From a virus: DNA of 64,000 nucleotides. The notes beneath the pieces were generated by a model. That model was not told the DNA's origin, searched no databases, and saw only the letters and a program-made list of their open reading frames with translations. Both the position numbers and the translations under genes were made by a program. Each line of letters begins with the position of its first letter. Positions within the stretch are counted from its first letter, which is position 1. This document shows positions 10,415-21,362 of the stretch, piece by piece. The stretch covers positions 32,001 through 96,000 of IMG/VR virus record IMGVR_UViG_3300025646_000012; one strand, 5' to 3'.

Positions 10415-11203
10415 ATGTTCGGCACATATTTTTATCATCAAAGAATCAGAAAATCTGTAGCCGTTTTTGGTGCTTTATTCAATAATTTATATGTTCTAAG
10501 AAAAGATGCGGCTGGAGCTGTTATTAGTCAAGTTAAAGTTCCATTAAGTTATGCACCAAAAAGGGACTTTATTGATAGAATTGCCAATATGGCAAAAGGT
10601 GAAGAAGCTGAACGTTTAATTGCGGTAAAACTTCCTCGTATGTCCTTTGAAATAATTGCTATTACTTATGATTCAACCAGACAATTATCCAAAACAAATA
10701 ATTTTGGTTTAACCAGTCCAACAGGTACTGGATTTAAAAGTAAATTTTTTGCACCGGTTCCATATAATATTAATTTTCAATTAAATATCTATGCTAAAAC
10801 TCATGATGACGCTCTACAAGTTGTAGAGCAAATTATACCATATTTTAATCCTCAGTATACTCTTACCATAAAACCTATTGAAAATTATACATCAATAAAA
10901 GAAGATAGTCAAGTTATTCTTCAAGCTGTTTCATTTACTGATGATTATGAAGGTGCTCTTGAACAAAGACGTAGTATAATATATACTCTTGACTTTGAAA
11001 TGAAAATTAATTTCTATGGTCCTGTTAATGATGGAAAAATTATTCGTAAAGCAGATGTTGATCTATATTCAATGGGCACTGGATTAAATGATTCGGATGA
11101 ATTCCTTGAAAAGATTCGAGTTCTACCTGATCCTGCCGATGCTAGTCCAGACAGCGATTATGGATTTACAACATTAATATTTGGAGCTTTAGATAGTGCA
11201 TGA
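10415..11203 (+). CDS. gp15: tail sheath stabilizer / tail terminator
   Basis: 'FYHQRIRK.VAVFG.LFN', 'LPRMSFE', 'EQIIPYFNP'. Confidence 0.92.
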   Translation: MFGTYFYHQRIRKSVAVFGALFNNLYVLRKDAAGAVISQVKVPLSYAPKRDFIDRIANMAKGEEAERLIAVKLPRMSFEIIAITYDSTRQLSKTNNFGLTSPTGTGFKSKFFAPVPYNINFQLNIYAKTHDDALQVVEQIIPYFNPQYTLTIKPIENYTSIKEDSQVILQAVSFTDDYEGALEQRRSIIYTLDFEMKINFYGPVNDGKIIRKADVDLYSMGTGLNDSDEFLEKIRVLPDPADASPDSDYGFTTLIFGALDSA

Positions 11204-11568
11204 TTGATTCTGATATTAAAGATAATGATTTTGAATATGCTAGACAAGTTTATCATGACATCTTGGTAAAAGGTTCCGAAGCTATGGATGATATGATGGA
11301 AGTTGCTAGATCAACTGAACATCCAAGAGCTTTTGAAGTTCTTTCTACAATGATGAAAACCCTTGCTGATGTAAATGGTAATCTTTTAGATCTTCATAAA
11401 AAGAAAAAAGATATTGATAAAAAAGATATAGCTGCTTTACCTATACAACAAAGTGGTACTACTAATAATCTATTTGTGGGATCAACTACGGAACTACAAA
11501 GATTCCTATTGAATCAGAATAGATCTGATAATGTAATTGATATAAATCAATACCAAAAAGATGAATGA
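11200..11568 (+). CDS. gp16: terminase small subunit
   Basis: 'DFEYAR', 'EHPRAFEV', 'NNLFVGSTTELQ'. Confidence 0.9.
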   Translation: MIDSDIKDNDFEYARQVYHDILVKGSEAMDDMMEVARSTEHPRAFEVLSTMMKTLADVNGNLLDLHKKKKDIDKKDIAALPIQQSGTTNNLFVGSTTELQRFLLNQNRSDNVIDINQYQKDE

Positions 11569-13168
11569 TTCATATAATGGCAACCTAAACGTTAAACGTG
11601 ATGGGGTTGTCCAAAATTTTACCGCACATGAAATACATGAGTATATGCAATGCATGCAAGATCCAGCATATTTTGCAAAAAATTATTGTAGGGTAATTTC
11701 TCTTGATAGGGGTTTAGTACCTTTTAATCTATATCCTTATCAAGAAAAAATGTTTAAACATTTTAATGATAATAGATTTAATATTGTATTAGCTTGTAGA
11801 CAATCTGGTAAATCAATTTCATCCGTTGCGTATCTTCTTTGGTATGCTTTATTTCATCCTGAAAAAACTATTGCTGTTCTTGCTAATAAAGGCGCTACTG
11901 CTCGTGAAATGTTAGCACGTATTACATTAATGTTGGAAAATTTACCATTTTTTCTACAACCTGGTACAAAAGCATTAAACAAGGGATCCATAGAGTTTAG
12001 CAATAATAGCCGTATAGTAGCTGCGGCTACATCAGGGTCCTCGATCCGAGGTATGTCAGTGAACCTTCTTTACTTGGACGAATTTGCGTTCGTAGAGAGA
12101 GCGTCTGAATTTTACACCTCAACATATCCGGTTATTTCGTCCGGTAAAGATACCAAGGTTATTATTACATCCACTGCAAACGGCATTGGTAATATGTTCC
12201 ATAAAATCTGGGAAGGTGCTGTTCAAGGAACAAATGAATATAAACCATTTCGTGTTGATTGGTGGGACGTTCCTGGACGAGATGAAAAATGGAAATTACA
12301 AACCATTGCAAATACCTCTCAGTTACAATTTGACCAAGAATTTGGAAATACATTCTTTGGTACTGGTGATACTTTAATTGCTTCTCATATTCTTTTGGAA
12401 CAAAGAGCTCATGAACATAGGTCATATCTTGAAGGTGGTTGCTTATTAATTTATGATGAGCCAATAAATAATCATAATTATGTTATGGTTGTTGATGTGA
12501 GTAAAGGTCGAGGTCAAGATTATTCAACATTTAATTTAATTGACATCAGTGTTAGACCTTTTAAGCAATCTGCTGTATATCGTAATAATACTATTTCACC
12601 AATTTTATTTCCAAATATCATTTATAAGTATGCAAAAGCATATAATGAAGCTTATGTTATTGTAGAATCTAATGACCAAGGATCCGTGGTTGTAAATGGA
12701 CTTTACTATGATTTAGAGTATGAAAATCTACACATGGAATCTATGATTAGATCAGATAGAATTGGTGTGGAAATGAATAAAAAGGTAAAACGTATCGGAT
12801 GTTCTGCAATTAAAGATATTATTGAAAATCGTAAATTACACATCGTAGATCCAGAAACAATTTTGGAAATGTCTACTTTTATTGCAAAAGGTACTTCATA
12901 TGAAGCATCCGAAGGTAATCATGATGATCTTATGATGAATTTAGTTCTATTTGGTTATTTTGCTACAGGTAGAAATTTTGAAGAATTAACTACTGTAAAT
13001 TTAAAAGAGATGATGTTTGCTCAAAGAGTAAAAGAAATTGAAGATGAATTAGTCCCATTTGGATATATTGAAGATGGTATTTCAAATAATGATACAGAAG
13101 TTCTTGGTGATATAAAAACTGTATGGACAGTAGATAGAGATTTCAAATTTGGTCAAGTGGATTTTTGA
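11561..13168 (+). CDS. gp17: terminase large subunit
   Basis: Walker A 'RQSGKS', Walker B 'LLYLDEFAF', nuclease 'DVSKGRGQDYS', 'HDDLMM'. Confidence 0.96.
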   Translation: MNDSYNGNLNVKRDGVVQNFTAHEIHEYMQCMQDPAYFAKNYCRVISLDRGLVPFNLYPYQEKMFKHFNDNRFNIVLACRQSGKSISSVAYLLWYALFHPEKTIAVLANKGATAREMLARITLMLENLPFFLQPGTKALNKGSIEFSNNSRIVAAATSGSSIRGMSVNLLYLDEFAFVERASEFYTSTYPVISSGKDTKVIITSTANGIGNMFHKIWEGAVQGTNEYKPFRVDWWDVPGRDEKWKLQTIANTSQLQFDQEFGNTFFGTGDTLIASHILLEQRAHEHRSYLEGGCLLIYDEPINNHNYVMVVDVSKGRGQDYSTFNLIDISVRPFKQSAVYRNNTISPILFPNIIYKYAKAYNEAYVIVESNDQGSVVVNGLYYDLEYENLHMESMIRSDRIGVEMNKKVKRIGCSAIKDIIENRKLHIVDPETILEMSTFIAKGTSYEASEGNHDDLMMNLVLFGYFATGRNFEELTTVNLKEMMFAQRVKEIEDELVPFGYIEDGISNNDTEVLGDIKTVWTVDRDFKFGQVDF

Positions 13169-13183
13169 CCAATTTTAAAAAAT

Positions 13184-13191
13184 TATAAATA
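13184..13191 (+). promoter_or_regulatory. T4-type late promoter TATAAATA
   Basis: Exact motif upstream of gp18. Confidence 0.75.
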
Positions 13192-13254
13192 ATGGTAATT
13201 GATAGTTTTACCGTATTATGAAAACATATTAATACCACTGAAAAGGATCGAGAT

Positions 13255-14997
13255 ATGGCAATTTTTAGTCCCTCTGAATCCCCAGCAATTGTCGTAAAAG
13301 AGATTGATTTAACAGGTGTAGTACCTAACGTTCAATCTACTACTGGCGCTTTTGTAGGGAATTTTCGCTGGGGTCCAGTTAGACAGGCAACTCTGGTAGA
13401 TACAGAGACTACACTAGCTTCGACCTTTGCAACACCAAATACTACAAACGCTGCGGATTTCTTGTCAGCAGCTTATTACTTGAGATATTCAAGTTCACTT
13501 TACGTTGTACGTGAAATTGATGCAGCTGCACGGAATGCAAATGCCGCTGGCTTAAGTTCAGTTGTAGTTAGAAATAAAAATCACTTTGATTCACTAGATG
13601 GAACTTTTGGTTCCGATTCTGGTGATACAAATACCGGAGCATGGGTTGCAAGATTTCCTGGTGCTCTAGGTAATTCATTACAAGTTTCAATCTGTCCTGT
13701 TGGTTCAGATTCTAATGGAACATACTTTTCACAATGGGCTTATGTAGCTCAGTTTGATGGAGCTCCTGGTACTTCAGCATATGCAAGTGCCAGAAGCGGA
13801 GCAAATGACGAGTGCCACGTAGTTGTTATTGACCAAGATGGTCTATTTACTGGAACTCCTGGTACCGTACTTGAAAGATATGCTTATGTATCTCTTGCAT
13901 CTGATGCAAAGAATGCAGATGGTTCAACCAATTATGTTAAAGACGTAATTAATAATGGATCAGCATACATTTATCTTGCAACTTTTGAAGGTACATTAGA
14001 TGATTTAACAAATGCTGGTACCAGCGCAGCAAATCAAACCTTTTCTGCATCAGCAACAGATGTAATTACAACGTCACTTACAGCCGGTGTTGATTCAAGT
14101 ACTCTAGGTACTGCGCAGTACGCAACAGGCTTTGATCTATTTGAAGATGTTGATACCATTACCGTTGACTTCCTTATTGCACCAGGTCTTGCATCTTCTG
14201 CAAATCAGGTTACTGTTGTTAATGATCTAGTATCAACTGCTCAAACAACCCGTAAGGATTGTATTGTTGTAACATCACCTAACAGAGAAGCAGTTGTAAA
14301 TGCAGCAACACCAGTTGCTACATCAATCATTACTACTGATCAATTTACTCGCTCATCATACTTGGTAGTTTCAAATAACTATCTAAAAGTATATGATAAG
14401 TATAATGATCAATATATCTTCATTCCGGATGCTTCATCAGTTGCTGGTATCATGGCTGCTTCAGATCTTTCAACAGCTCCTTGGTACTCACCTGCTGGAC
14501 AAAGACGTGGTGCTGTTCTTGGTGTAACTGGTCTTGCTTATTCTGCAACCAAAGCAGAAAGAGATACACTCTATAAAGCAGGTGTTAATCCAGTTGCAAA
14601 TATTCCTGGACAGGGTACACTCCTATTCGGTGATAAAACATTCCTAGCTAGACCATCAGCCTTCGACCGTATTAACGTTCGTCGCTTGTTCCTAACTATG
14701 GAAAGAGCAATTGCAATTGCAGCACGTAACGTTATGTTTGAATTTAACGATGAATTCACACGTGCGGAATTTGTAAATATCGTGGAACCATTCTTGAGAG
14801 AAATCCAAGGTAGACGCGGTATTACTGATTTCCGTGTAGTCTGTGACGAAACAAATAATACGGCTGCTGTTGTGGATAGAAACGAATTCATTGCTAACAT
14901 CTTCATTAAGCCTGCACGTTCAATCAACTACGTAACTCTAAACTTCGTAGCTGTTAGAACTGGTGTGGACTTTGAAGAAGTTGTCGGCACTGTATAA
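13255..14997 (+). CDS. gp18: contractile tail sheath protein
   Basis: 'SPAIVVKEIDLT', 'PWYSPAG', 'FDRINVRRLF', 'IKPARSINY'. Confidence 0.96.
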   Translation: MAIFSPSESPAIVVKEIDLTGVVPNVQSTTGAFVGNFRWGPVRQATLVDTETTLASTFATPNTTNAADFLSAAYYLRYSSSLYVVREIDAAARNANAAGLSSVVVRNKNHFDSLDGTFGSDSGDTNTGAWVARFPGALGNSLQVSICPVGSDSNGTYFSQWAYVAQFDGAPGTSAYASARSGANDECHVVVIDQDGLFTGTPGTVLERYAYVSLASDAKNADGSTNYVKDVINNGSAYIYLATFEGTLDDLTNAGTSAANQTFSASATDVITTSLTAGVDSSTLGTAQYATGFDLFEDVDTITVDFLIAPGLASSANQVTVVNDLVSTAQTTRKDCIVVTSPNREAVVNAATPVATSIITTDQFTRSSYLVVSNNYLKVYDKYNDQYIFIPDASSVAGIMAASDLSTAPWYSPAGQRRGAVLGVTGLAYSATKAERDTLYKAGVNPVANIPGQGTLLFGDKTFLARPSAFDRINVRRLFLTMERAIAIAARNVMFEFNDEFTRAEFVNIVEPFLREIQGRRGITDFRVVCDETNNTAAVVDRNEFIANIFIKPARSINYVTLNFVAVRTGVDFEEVVGTV

Positions 14998-15018
14998 TAG
15001 CGTCAGAGGAGAAATAAC

Positions 15019-15549
15019 ATGGCTATTCTAGGAGTTGATGACTTCAAGTCCAAATTAAGAGGTGGTGGCGCTAGACCGAATCTATTCAAAGCGACCATTA
15101 ACTTCCCAGCTTATGCACAGGGTGATGTAGAAATTACATCATTCCTTTGCTCTGCTGCTCAGCTACCGGCTTCAACAATGTCAACTATCACAATTCCTTT
15201 CCGTGGTAGAGAATTGAAAATGGCAGGAACCAGAACATTCGATAGTTGGACTCCGACTATTATAAATGATACCGACTTTGCAGTCCGTAATGCTATGGAA
15301 CGCTGGATGAACGGTATGAACAATCACAGACAGAATACTGGTCTTACTAATGTAAACGATTATTCTGCAGATCTTATTGTTGAACAACTTGACAAAGATG
15401 GGTCAACACTTAAGACTTACAACTTCCGTGGTTGTTTCCCGACCGCCGTTTCCGCAATTGAACTTGCCTATGGAACAAATGACGTCATTGAAGAATTTAC
15501 TGTTGAATTCCAAGTTCAATATTGGGAATCCGTTGGTACTACCAGCTGA
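15019..15549 (+). CDS. gp19: tail tube protein
   Basis: 'GGARPNLF', 'PFRGR..K.AG.RTF..W', 'IEEFTVEF'. Confidence 0.95.
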   Translation: MAILGVDDFKSKLRGGGARPNLFKATINFPAYAQGDVEITSFLCSAAQLPASTMSTITIPFRGRELKMAGTRTFDSWTPTIINDTDFAVRNAMERWMNGMNNHRQNTGLTNVNDYSADLIVEQLDKDGSTLKTYNFRGCFPTAVSAIELAYGTNDVIEEFTVEFQVQYWESVGTTS

Positions 15550-15564
15550 TAAATAAAGATATAA

Positions 15565-15598
15565 GGTAGGGCTTAACGGCCCTACCACTTCAATTTTT
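15565..15598 (+). terminator. hairpin / probable terminator after gp19
   Basis: GGTAGGGC-ttaacg-GCCCTACC stem followed by a T-rich tract. Confidence 0.55.
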
Positions 15599-15611
15599 CT
15601 AAGGATAGATT

Positions 15612-17201
15612 ATGGCTGACGGTCCAGTAATGAAATTATTTGGCTTTGAATTAAGAAGAGCCAACCGTGAAGTAAAAGATAAGATTCCTTCTATAGTACC
15701 TCCATCTGATGAAGATGGTGCAGGTTATGTTACTGCGTCTGGTTCCCATTGGGGTCAATACATTGACTTTGATGGTGATAATACAAAAGATGCGGTTGAA
15801 TTAATTCAAAGATACAGAGCAGTATCCATGCATCCAGAAGTGGACATGGCAATTGATGAAATTGTAAACGAATCAATTACAACATCAGAACTAGAAGCTC
15901 CTGTAAAACTAAATTTAGATGAAGTTGATGATTTAAGTGAATCGCTTAAAAAACAATTCCAAGAAGAATTTGATAATATACTTGATATGTTATCATTTAC
16001 CGACAATGGTTCCGATATGTTCAAGCGTTGGTATATTGACGGAAGAATAGTACATCATCTTCTTATAAATGAATCTAACCCTAAAGCTGGTATCCAAGAG
16101 ATTCGTCCAATTGATGCACTTAAGATCCGTAAAGTAAAAGAAATTAAAAAGAAAAAAGATCCTAAAACTGGCGCATCAATTGTAGATACTGTAAGTGAAT
16201 TTTATATTTTCCAAGATAAGATTAACGGTAGTAATAATTATTCAAATAGTCATAATGCCGTTAGAATTTCTCCTGATGCAGTTAGTTACGTTACGTCAGG
16301 TTTGCTTGATGAACAGCGTAGAAAAGTAGTTTCATATCTTCATAAAGCATTGAAGCCGATTAATCAGCTTCGTATGATGGAAGACTCACTTGTTATCTAT
16401 CGTCTGGCTCGTGCTCCTGAACGCCGTATTTTCTATGTTGATGTTGGTAACCTACCACGTGGTAAAGCAGAAGAGTACATGAAGAATATCATGACTCGCT
16501 ATAAGAATAAAATTGTATATGATGCTGCAACAGGTGAGATTAAAGATGATCGTAAGCATATGTCAATGCTTGAAGATTTCTGGCTACCACGTCGTGAAGG
16601 TGGTAAAGGAACTGAGATTACAACGCTACCTGGTGGTGAAAACCTAGGTCAGATCGACGATATTATTTACTTCCAAAAGAAACTATATCGTGCATTAAAT
16701 GTTCCGGTAAATAGACTTGAACAAGAATCACAATTCTCTCTTGGTAGATCATCCGAAATTTCCAGAGATGAACTTAAATTTCAGAAGTTTATTGATAGAC
16801 TACGTAGAAGATTCTCTAATCTATTTCTAAATATTCTTAAGAAACAATTAATTCTAAAAAACATTATTACTGAAGAAGATTGGGAATCTTGGAAGTCAAA
16901 TATTATTGTTGACTTTGTAAGAGATAATCATTTTACAGAATTAAAAGATGCGGAAATTTTCCAATCAAGATTAAATGTTCTTTCACAAGCTCAAAATTAT
17001 GTTGGAGAATATTTTTCTAAAGAATGGATTATGAGAAAAGTACTTTATTTAGATGATGATGAAATTGAGAAAATGAAAGAAGAAATGGAAGCGGAAAAAG
17101 TAGAAGCACAACCGCCAGAAACCGAACAACCTGAACAAGATCAAGAAGAAGATCAAGAATCAGGTAATACACATACTATTAACTTAAAGGTGGCAAAATG
17201 A
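15612..17201 (+). CDS. gp20: portal protein
   Basis: 'YRLARAPERRIFYVDVGNLP', 'EDFWLPRREGGKGTEITTLPGG'. Confidence 0.96.
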   Translation: MADGPVMKLFGFELRRANREVKDKIPSIVPPSDEDGAGYVTASGSHWGQYIDFDGDNTKDAVELIQRYRAVSMHPEVDMAIDEIVNESITTSELEAPVKLNLDEVDDLSESLKKQFQEEFDNILDMLSFTDNGSDMFKRWYIDGRIVHHLLINESNPKAGIQEIRPIDALKIRKVKEIKKKKDPKTGASIVDTVSEFYIFQDKINGSNNYSNSHNAVRISPDAVSYVTSGLLDEQRRKVVSYLHKALKPINQLRMMEDSLVIYRLARAPERRIFYVDVGNLPRGKAEEYMKNIMTRYKNKIVYDAATGEIKDDRKHMSMLEDFWLPRREGGKGTEITTLPGGENLGQIDDIIYFQKKLYRALNVPVNRLEQESQFSLGRSSEISRDELKFQKFIDRLRRRFSNLFLNILKKQLILKNIITEEDWESWKSNIIVDFVRDNHFTELKDAEIFQSRLNVLSQAQNYVGEYFSKEWIMRKVLYLDDDEIEKMKEEMEAEKVEAQPPETEQPEQDQEEDQESGNTHTINLKVAK

Positions 17202-17458
17202 GCATTGAAGATTTTATTAATAACGTAATGGATAAAGATTATACCACTGCACAACTAACGTTTGCAGATCTTATGCAAGCAAGAATGCAAGATGCACTTG
17301 ATCAACAAAAGATTGTTGTAGCTGGACAAATGTTTGGCGAAGAAGAAGATACTGATGATATTGAAGATGAAGATCTAGAAGATGCCTTTGAAGATGAAGA
17401 TCTAGAAGATGAAGATTTAGAAGATGACAACATAGAAGAAGATGACGAAGACGATTAA
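17198..17458 (+). CDS. gp67: prohead core protein (gp67-like) with acidic tail
   Basis: Small, highly acidic, directly after portal as in T4. Confidence 0.65.
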   Translation: MSIEDFINNVMDKDYTTAQLTFADLMQARMQDALDQQKIVVAGQMFGEEEDTDDIEDEDLEDAFEDEDLEDEDLEDDNIEEDDEDD

Positions 17459-18071
17459 TGAAAATGATTATAAGAATATTTCACTTAATCATTTAAATTT
17501 TTGTCTATTAAATCAAAATCTTTTTACTGATGAACATTTTTCTATTATTCAATATTCAAATCCTATAGTATTAGATAGATATTTTTCTATTGGTAGACAA
17601 ATTTATAATGAAATAGCAAGAACACCCAGATCAAATACATATTTAAATATGGGAATGGGCGCTGGATTTTTAGAATATTATGTAAAGAATTATGGTAAAA
17701 TAAATTTAGAATCAGTTGAATGGGATCAACAAAATGAACATTTTTCTAAATTACGAAAAAGCTTTGACGTTGATGATCAATTAACATATACTTGTAATAA
17801 TATAAGAAATAACGATTTTAAAATATTTAATTGTGATAAAATGTATGATTTTATAATTTTAACAAGATTTTATCCTATTAATAAAAAATATTCGGATACA
17901 CTAAAAGTAAAAGAAATATTAAATAAACTTAAAATTTATTCAAATAAATTTATTATAGTTGATAATCCTATTAATTATAGATCTGAAACATTAGAATATT
18001 TTGAAAGTAAAAAATGTAATAAACTTCAGTTAAATAAAACTGATTTAAATCCTTGGATTATAGAACTTTAG
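17442..18071 (+). CDS. class I SAM-dependent methyltransferase-like protein
   Basis: Motif I-like 'YLNMGMGAGFLEY', 'YDFII'; AT-rich insert in head gene block. Confidence 0.55.
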   Translation: MTKTINENDYKNISLNHLNFCLLNQNLFTDEHFSIIQYSNPIVLDRYFSIGRQIYNEIARTPRSNTYLNMGMGAGFLEYYVKNYGKINLESVEWDQQNEHFSKLRKSFDVDDQLTYTCNNIRNNDFKIFNCDKMYDFIILTRFYPINKKYSDTLKVKEILNKLKIYSNKFIIVDNPINYRSETLEYFESKKCNKLQLNKTDLNPWIIEL

Positions 18072-18084
18072 AATTTTTATTTTA

Positions 18085-18092
18085 TATAAATA
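18085..18092 (+). promoter_or_regulatory. T4-type late promoter TATAAATA
   Basis: Exact motif upstream of prohead genes. Confidence 0.75.
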
Positions 18093-18116
18093 ATTACAAT
18101 TAATAAAGAGTATGAG

Positions 18117-18314
18117 ATGAAAACACTAAAAGATCTAAGATCTAAATCAGAAACCAAAAAAATTAATGGTTACCCTGTAACATTCACAAATGCACCAGGT
18201 GGTAAAGTAAAGGTAACTATTGATGGTGATGAATTAGATACATATCCTACTCAAGCCGAAGCCGAAAAAATGGCTAAGGAATTTATGAAGCAATACAAAG
18301 GTAAAATGAAATGA
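18117..18314 (+). CDS. small prohead core-associated protein (gp68 position)
   Basis: Synteny before gp21, ATGA-coupled. Confidence 0.5.
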   Translation: MKTLKDLRSKSETKKINGYPVTFTNAPGGKVKVTIDGDELDTYPTQAEAEKMAKEFMKQYKGKMK

Positions 18315-18973
18315 AGTTGATTGCAGAGTATAATGACCAACATCTAGAGGTTATTACTGAAGCTCGTGAAAATGGTGGTAAGAATCATTTCATTGAAGGC
18401 GTGTTTATGCAATCAGAATCAAAGAATAGAAATGGGCGTATTTATCCAAGACCTGTTATGGAACAAGCTGTAAATAAATATGTCACAGAACAAGTTAAGA
18501 CTGGTAGAGCAGTAGGTGAATTAAATCACCCTGATGGTCCTACCATTAACTTGGATAAGGTATCCCACAAGATTGAAGCCCTTGATTGGAAGGGCAATGA
18601 TGTTGTGGGTAAGGCACGTATACTAGAAACTCCAATGGGTAATATCGTAAAAGGTTTACTTGAAGGTGGAGTCCAACTAGGTGTGTCAACTCGTGGTATG
18701 GGTAGTCTTGAGGAACGTAATGGCGTAATGTACGTCAAGGACGACTTTATTCTTAGTACGGTTGATATCGTACAAGATCCATCTGCACCGACAGCTTTCG
18801 TCAATGGTATCATGGAAGGTGTAGAATGGATTTGGAATAACGGCATTATTGAGCCTCAAGTAATTGAAAAAATGGAGACTGAAATTAAGACTGCATCACG
18901 TACTAATCTCTATGAGACACAGGTTCGTGAGTTCAAAAATTTCCTCTCGTTGCTGAAAAAGAAAACACATTAA
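18311..18973 (+). CDS. gp21: prohead protease
   Basis: 'IEGVFMQSE.KNRNGR.YP', 'GELNHP', 'GVSTRGMGSL', 'DIVQDPSAP'. Confidence 0.95.
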   Translation: MKLIAEYNDQHLEVITEARENGGKNHFIEGVFMQSESKNRNGRIYPRPVMEQAVNKYVTEQVKTGRAVGELNHPDGPTINLDKVSHKIEALDWKGNDVVGKARILETPMGNIVKGLLEGGVQLGVSTRGMGSLEERNGVMYVKDDFILSTVDIVQDPSAPTAFVNGIMEGVEWIWNNGIIEPQVIEKMETEIKTASRTNLYETQVREFKNFLSLLKKKTH

Positions 18974-18983
18974 GGAGTCAAAC

Positions 18984-19916
18984 ATGACTGATCAAGTAAA
19001 AGAACAGGATGTTGAGCTCGACGACGAGATCGAAGAAGCTCATGATCCTAAGAATGCAGAAGAGCAATCTATTGCTTCAGTAGCCAAAGCTGCAACTGCA
19101 ACCAAACAGGCACCTGCACGTAAGGGTGACAAAAGAAATTCAGAGCCAAGCCACCTCAAGGCAGCTCCGAAGAATGGGTCAGCGAAAATGGAATCTGCAG
19201 ATGTAGATATAGATTTCAATGACGAACTCGGTTCTCTAGTAGAATCAGAAGCAACTCTTTCAGAAGAATTTAAGGAAAAGGTTTCACTTATCTTTGAAGC
19301 AAATGTGAAGGCAAAAGTTGCGGAAGAAATCGATCGTCTTGAAGAAGCATATGCAACTCAACTTGAAGAAGAAGTATCTGCAACTAAAGCAGAGCTTGTA
19401 GAAAAAGTTGATAGCTACCTCAACTACGTGGTTGAAAATTGGATGGAAGAAAACAAACTGGCAATCCAGTCTGGTCTTCGTGCGGAAATTGCAGAGGATT
19501 TCATGAAGGGTCTTAAGACTCTATTCACTGAATCCTATGTTGATGTTCCTGAATCCAAGGTCGACCTAGTAGACGAACTTCACAGTTCAGTAGAAGATCT
19601 ATCTGATAGATTAAATGAAGCAACTGAAGCACTTCTGCAATCAGCTGCTGTAATCGAGTCATATCAGCGTGAAGAAATCATTCGTGAGCATTCACGTGGT
19701 TTAGCTGATACTCAGATAGAAAAGCTAAGAACTATGGTTGAAGGTTATGATGTTGATGAAGACTTTTCAAGAAAAGTTGAAACCATCAAAGAATCACTCT
19801 TCACCAAAAAAGCTGTAATCACTGAAAGCGTAGAAGAAGATGACACTACTGATACAGTAGAAGTTTCAGCAACTATGGCTCAGTATCTTGCAGCAATCCG
19901 TAAATCAAGTAACTAA
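18984..19916 (+). CDS. gp22: prohead core scaffold protein
   Basis: Acidic coiled coil, 'VDSYLNYVVENWM.EN', between gp21 and gp23. Confidence 0.92.
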   Translation: MTDQVKEQDVELDDEIEEAHDPKNAEEQSIASVAKAATATKQAPARKGDKRNSEPSHLKAAPKNGSAKMESADVDIDFNDELGSLVESEATLSEEFKEKVSLIFEANVKAKVAEEIDRLEEAYATQLEEEVSATKAELVEKVDSYLNYVVENWMEENKLAIQSGLRAEIAEDFMKGLKTLFTESYVDVPESKVDLVDELHSSVEDLSDRLNEATEALLQSAAVIESYQREEIIREHSRGLADTQIEKLRTMVEGYDVDEDFSRKVETIKESLFTKKAVITESVEEDDTTDTVEVSATMAQYLAAIRKSSN

Positions 19917-19938
19917 TAATACCAAGGAGTAAATTCCA

Positions 19939-21291
19939 ATGATGGAATCATATGACAATCTAATTAAAAAATGGGCTCCCGTTCTTAATGAAGAATCAGC
20001 CGGCAAAATCGCAGACTCTCACCGCCGTGCAGTTACTGCAGCGGTTCTAGAGAACACTGAGAAGGCTCTTCAGGAACAGCGCACCCAGCAGAACTTCCTA
20101 GCAGAAACTCCAGCAAACAATGTTGCTTCTGCTTCAAACTGGGATCCAGTTCTTATCTCACTCGTACGTCGTGCAATGCCAAATATGATTGCATACGACA
20201 TCTGCGGTGTGCAGCCAATGACTGGCCCAACTGGCTTGATCTTCGCAATGAAGTCACGCTATTCAGCAGGTAATACCAATGCAACTGAAGCGCTTTTCAA
20301 TGAAGCAAACACTGCATTCTCAGGCGACTCATCAGTCACTCAGACTTCAGGTCCATCAGGTCTTTCAGGTCTTGCGGATGACTCTTCAAACTCTGATCCA
20401 GTTCGTACTGTTGACTCATCTATCGATGATGCTCGTGGTACTGGTCCAGATGTTGCTGGCGGTATGCCAACTGCAGATGCAGAACGTCTAGGTTCATCTG
20501 CTTCAGGTTCAACTTTCAATGAGATGGGCTTCACCATTGAACGTGCAACTGTTACTGCAAAGTCACGTGCATTGAAAGCAGAATACTCACTAGAACTTGC
20601 TCAGGATCTTAAGGCAATTCACGGCCTTGATGCTGAGACAGAACTAGCAAACATTCTGTCAACTGAAATCCTTGCAGAAATCAACCGTGAAGTTGTTCGC
20701 ACTATCAACAGCCAAGCTAAGACTGGTGCTCTTACTTCAAACGTTGCTATTCAGGGTATCTTCGACCTTTCAACTGATGCCGACGGCCGTTGGTCAGTAG
20801 AAAAGTTCAAGGGTCTGATCATGCAGATCGAGCGTGAAGCTAACGTAATTGCAAAAGAAACTCGTCGTGGTAAGGGTAACTTCATCCTTTGCTCATCAGA
20901 CGTAGCTTCTGCACTTGCAGCTGCTGGTATGCTTGACTACACTCCAGCTCTTTCAACTAACCTAAACGTTGATGATACTGGCAACACTTTTGCTGGTGTT
21001 CTTAACGGTCGTACTCGTGTGTACATCGACCCATATGCGGTTGCTGACTATGTAACTGTTGGTTACAAAGGTACTAACGCATACGATGCTGGTCTCTTCT
21101 ACTGCCCATATGTACCTCTAACTATGGTACGTGCGGTTGGTGAAGCAGACTTCCAGCCAAAAATCGGCTTCAAGACTCGTTACGGTATGGTATCCAACCC
21201 ATTCGTTGGTTCCACTCCTGCAAACGGTCTTGCAACTGCTAAGACTAACCAGTACTACAGAATCTTTCGCGTGGACAACATTCTGCAGTAA
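19939..21291 (+). CDS. gp23: major capsid protein
   Basis: 'LISLVRR.MPN.IAYD.CGVQPM.GPTGLIFAM', 'SRALKAEYS.ELAQDLKAIHGLDAE', 'FQPKIGFKTRYG'. Confidence 0.97.
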   Translation: MMESYDNLIKKWAPVLNEESAGKIADSHRRAVTAAVLENTEKALQEQRTQQNFLAETPANNVASASNWDPVLISLVRRAMPNMIAYDICGVQPMTGPTGLIFAMKSRYSAGNTNATEALFNEANTAFSGDSSVTQTSGPSGLSGLADDSSNSDPVRTVDSSIDDARGTGPDVAGGMPTADAERLGSSASGSTFNEMGFTIERATVTAKSRALKAEYSLELAQDLKAIHGLDAETELANILSTEILAEINREVVRTINSQAKTGALTSNVAIQGIFDLSTDADGRWSVEKFKGLIMQIEREANVIAKETRRGKGNFILCSSDVASALAAAGMLDYTPALSTNLNVDDTGNTFAGVLNGRTRVYIDPYAVADYVTVGYKGTNAYDAGLFYCPYVPLTMVRAVGEADFQPKIGFKTRYGMVSNPFVGSTPANGLATAKTNQYYRIFRVDNILQ

Positions 21292-21305
21292 TCTGCTAAT
21301 AAAAA

Positions 21306-21362
21306 GGGAGGGGAATCAACCCCTCCCACACAAACTAGGGCGGCTTCGGTCGCCCTTTTTTT
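21306..21362 (+). terminator. tandem hairpins / intrinsic terminator after gp23
   Basis: GGGAGGGG..CCCCTCCC hairpin, then AGGGCGGC-TTCG-GTCGCCCT plus T-run; lies between convergent genes. Confidence 0.85.

Noticed and set aside
17361-17430. GAAGATGAAGATCTAGAAGATG tandem repeats
   Set aside because: Simply encode the low-complexity acidic tail of the gp67-like protein.
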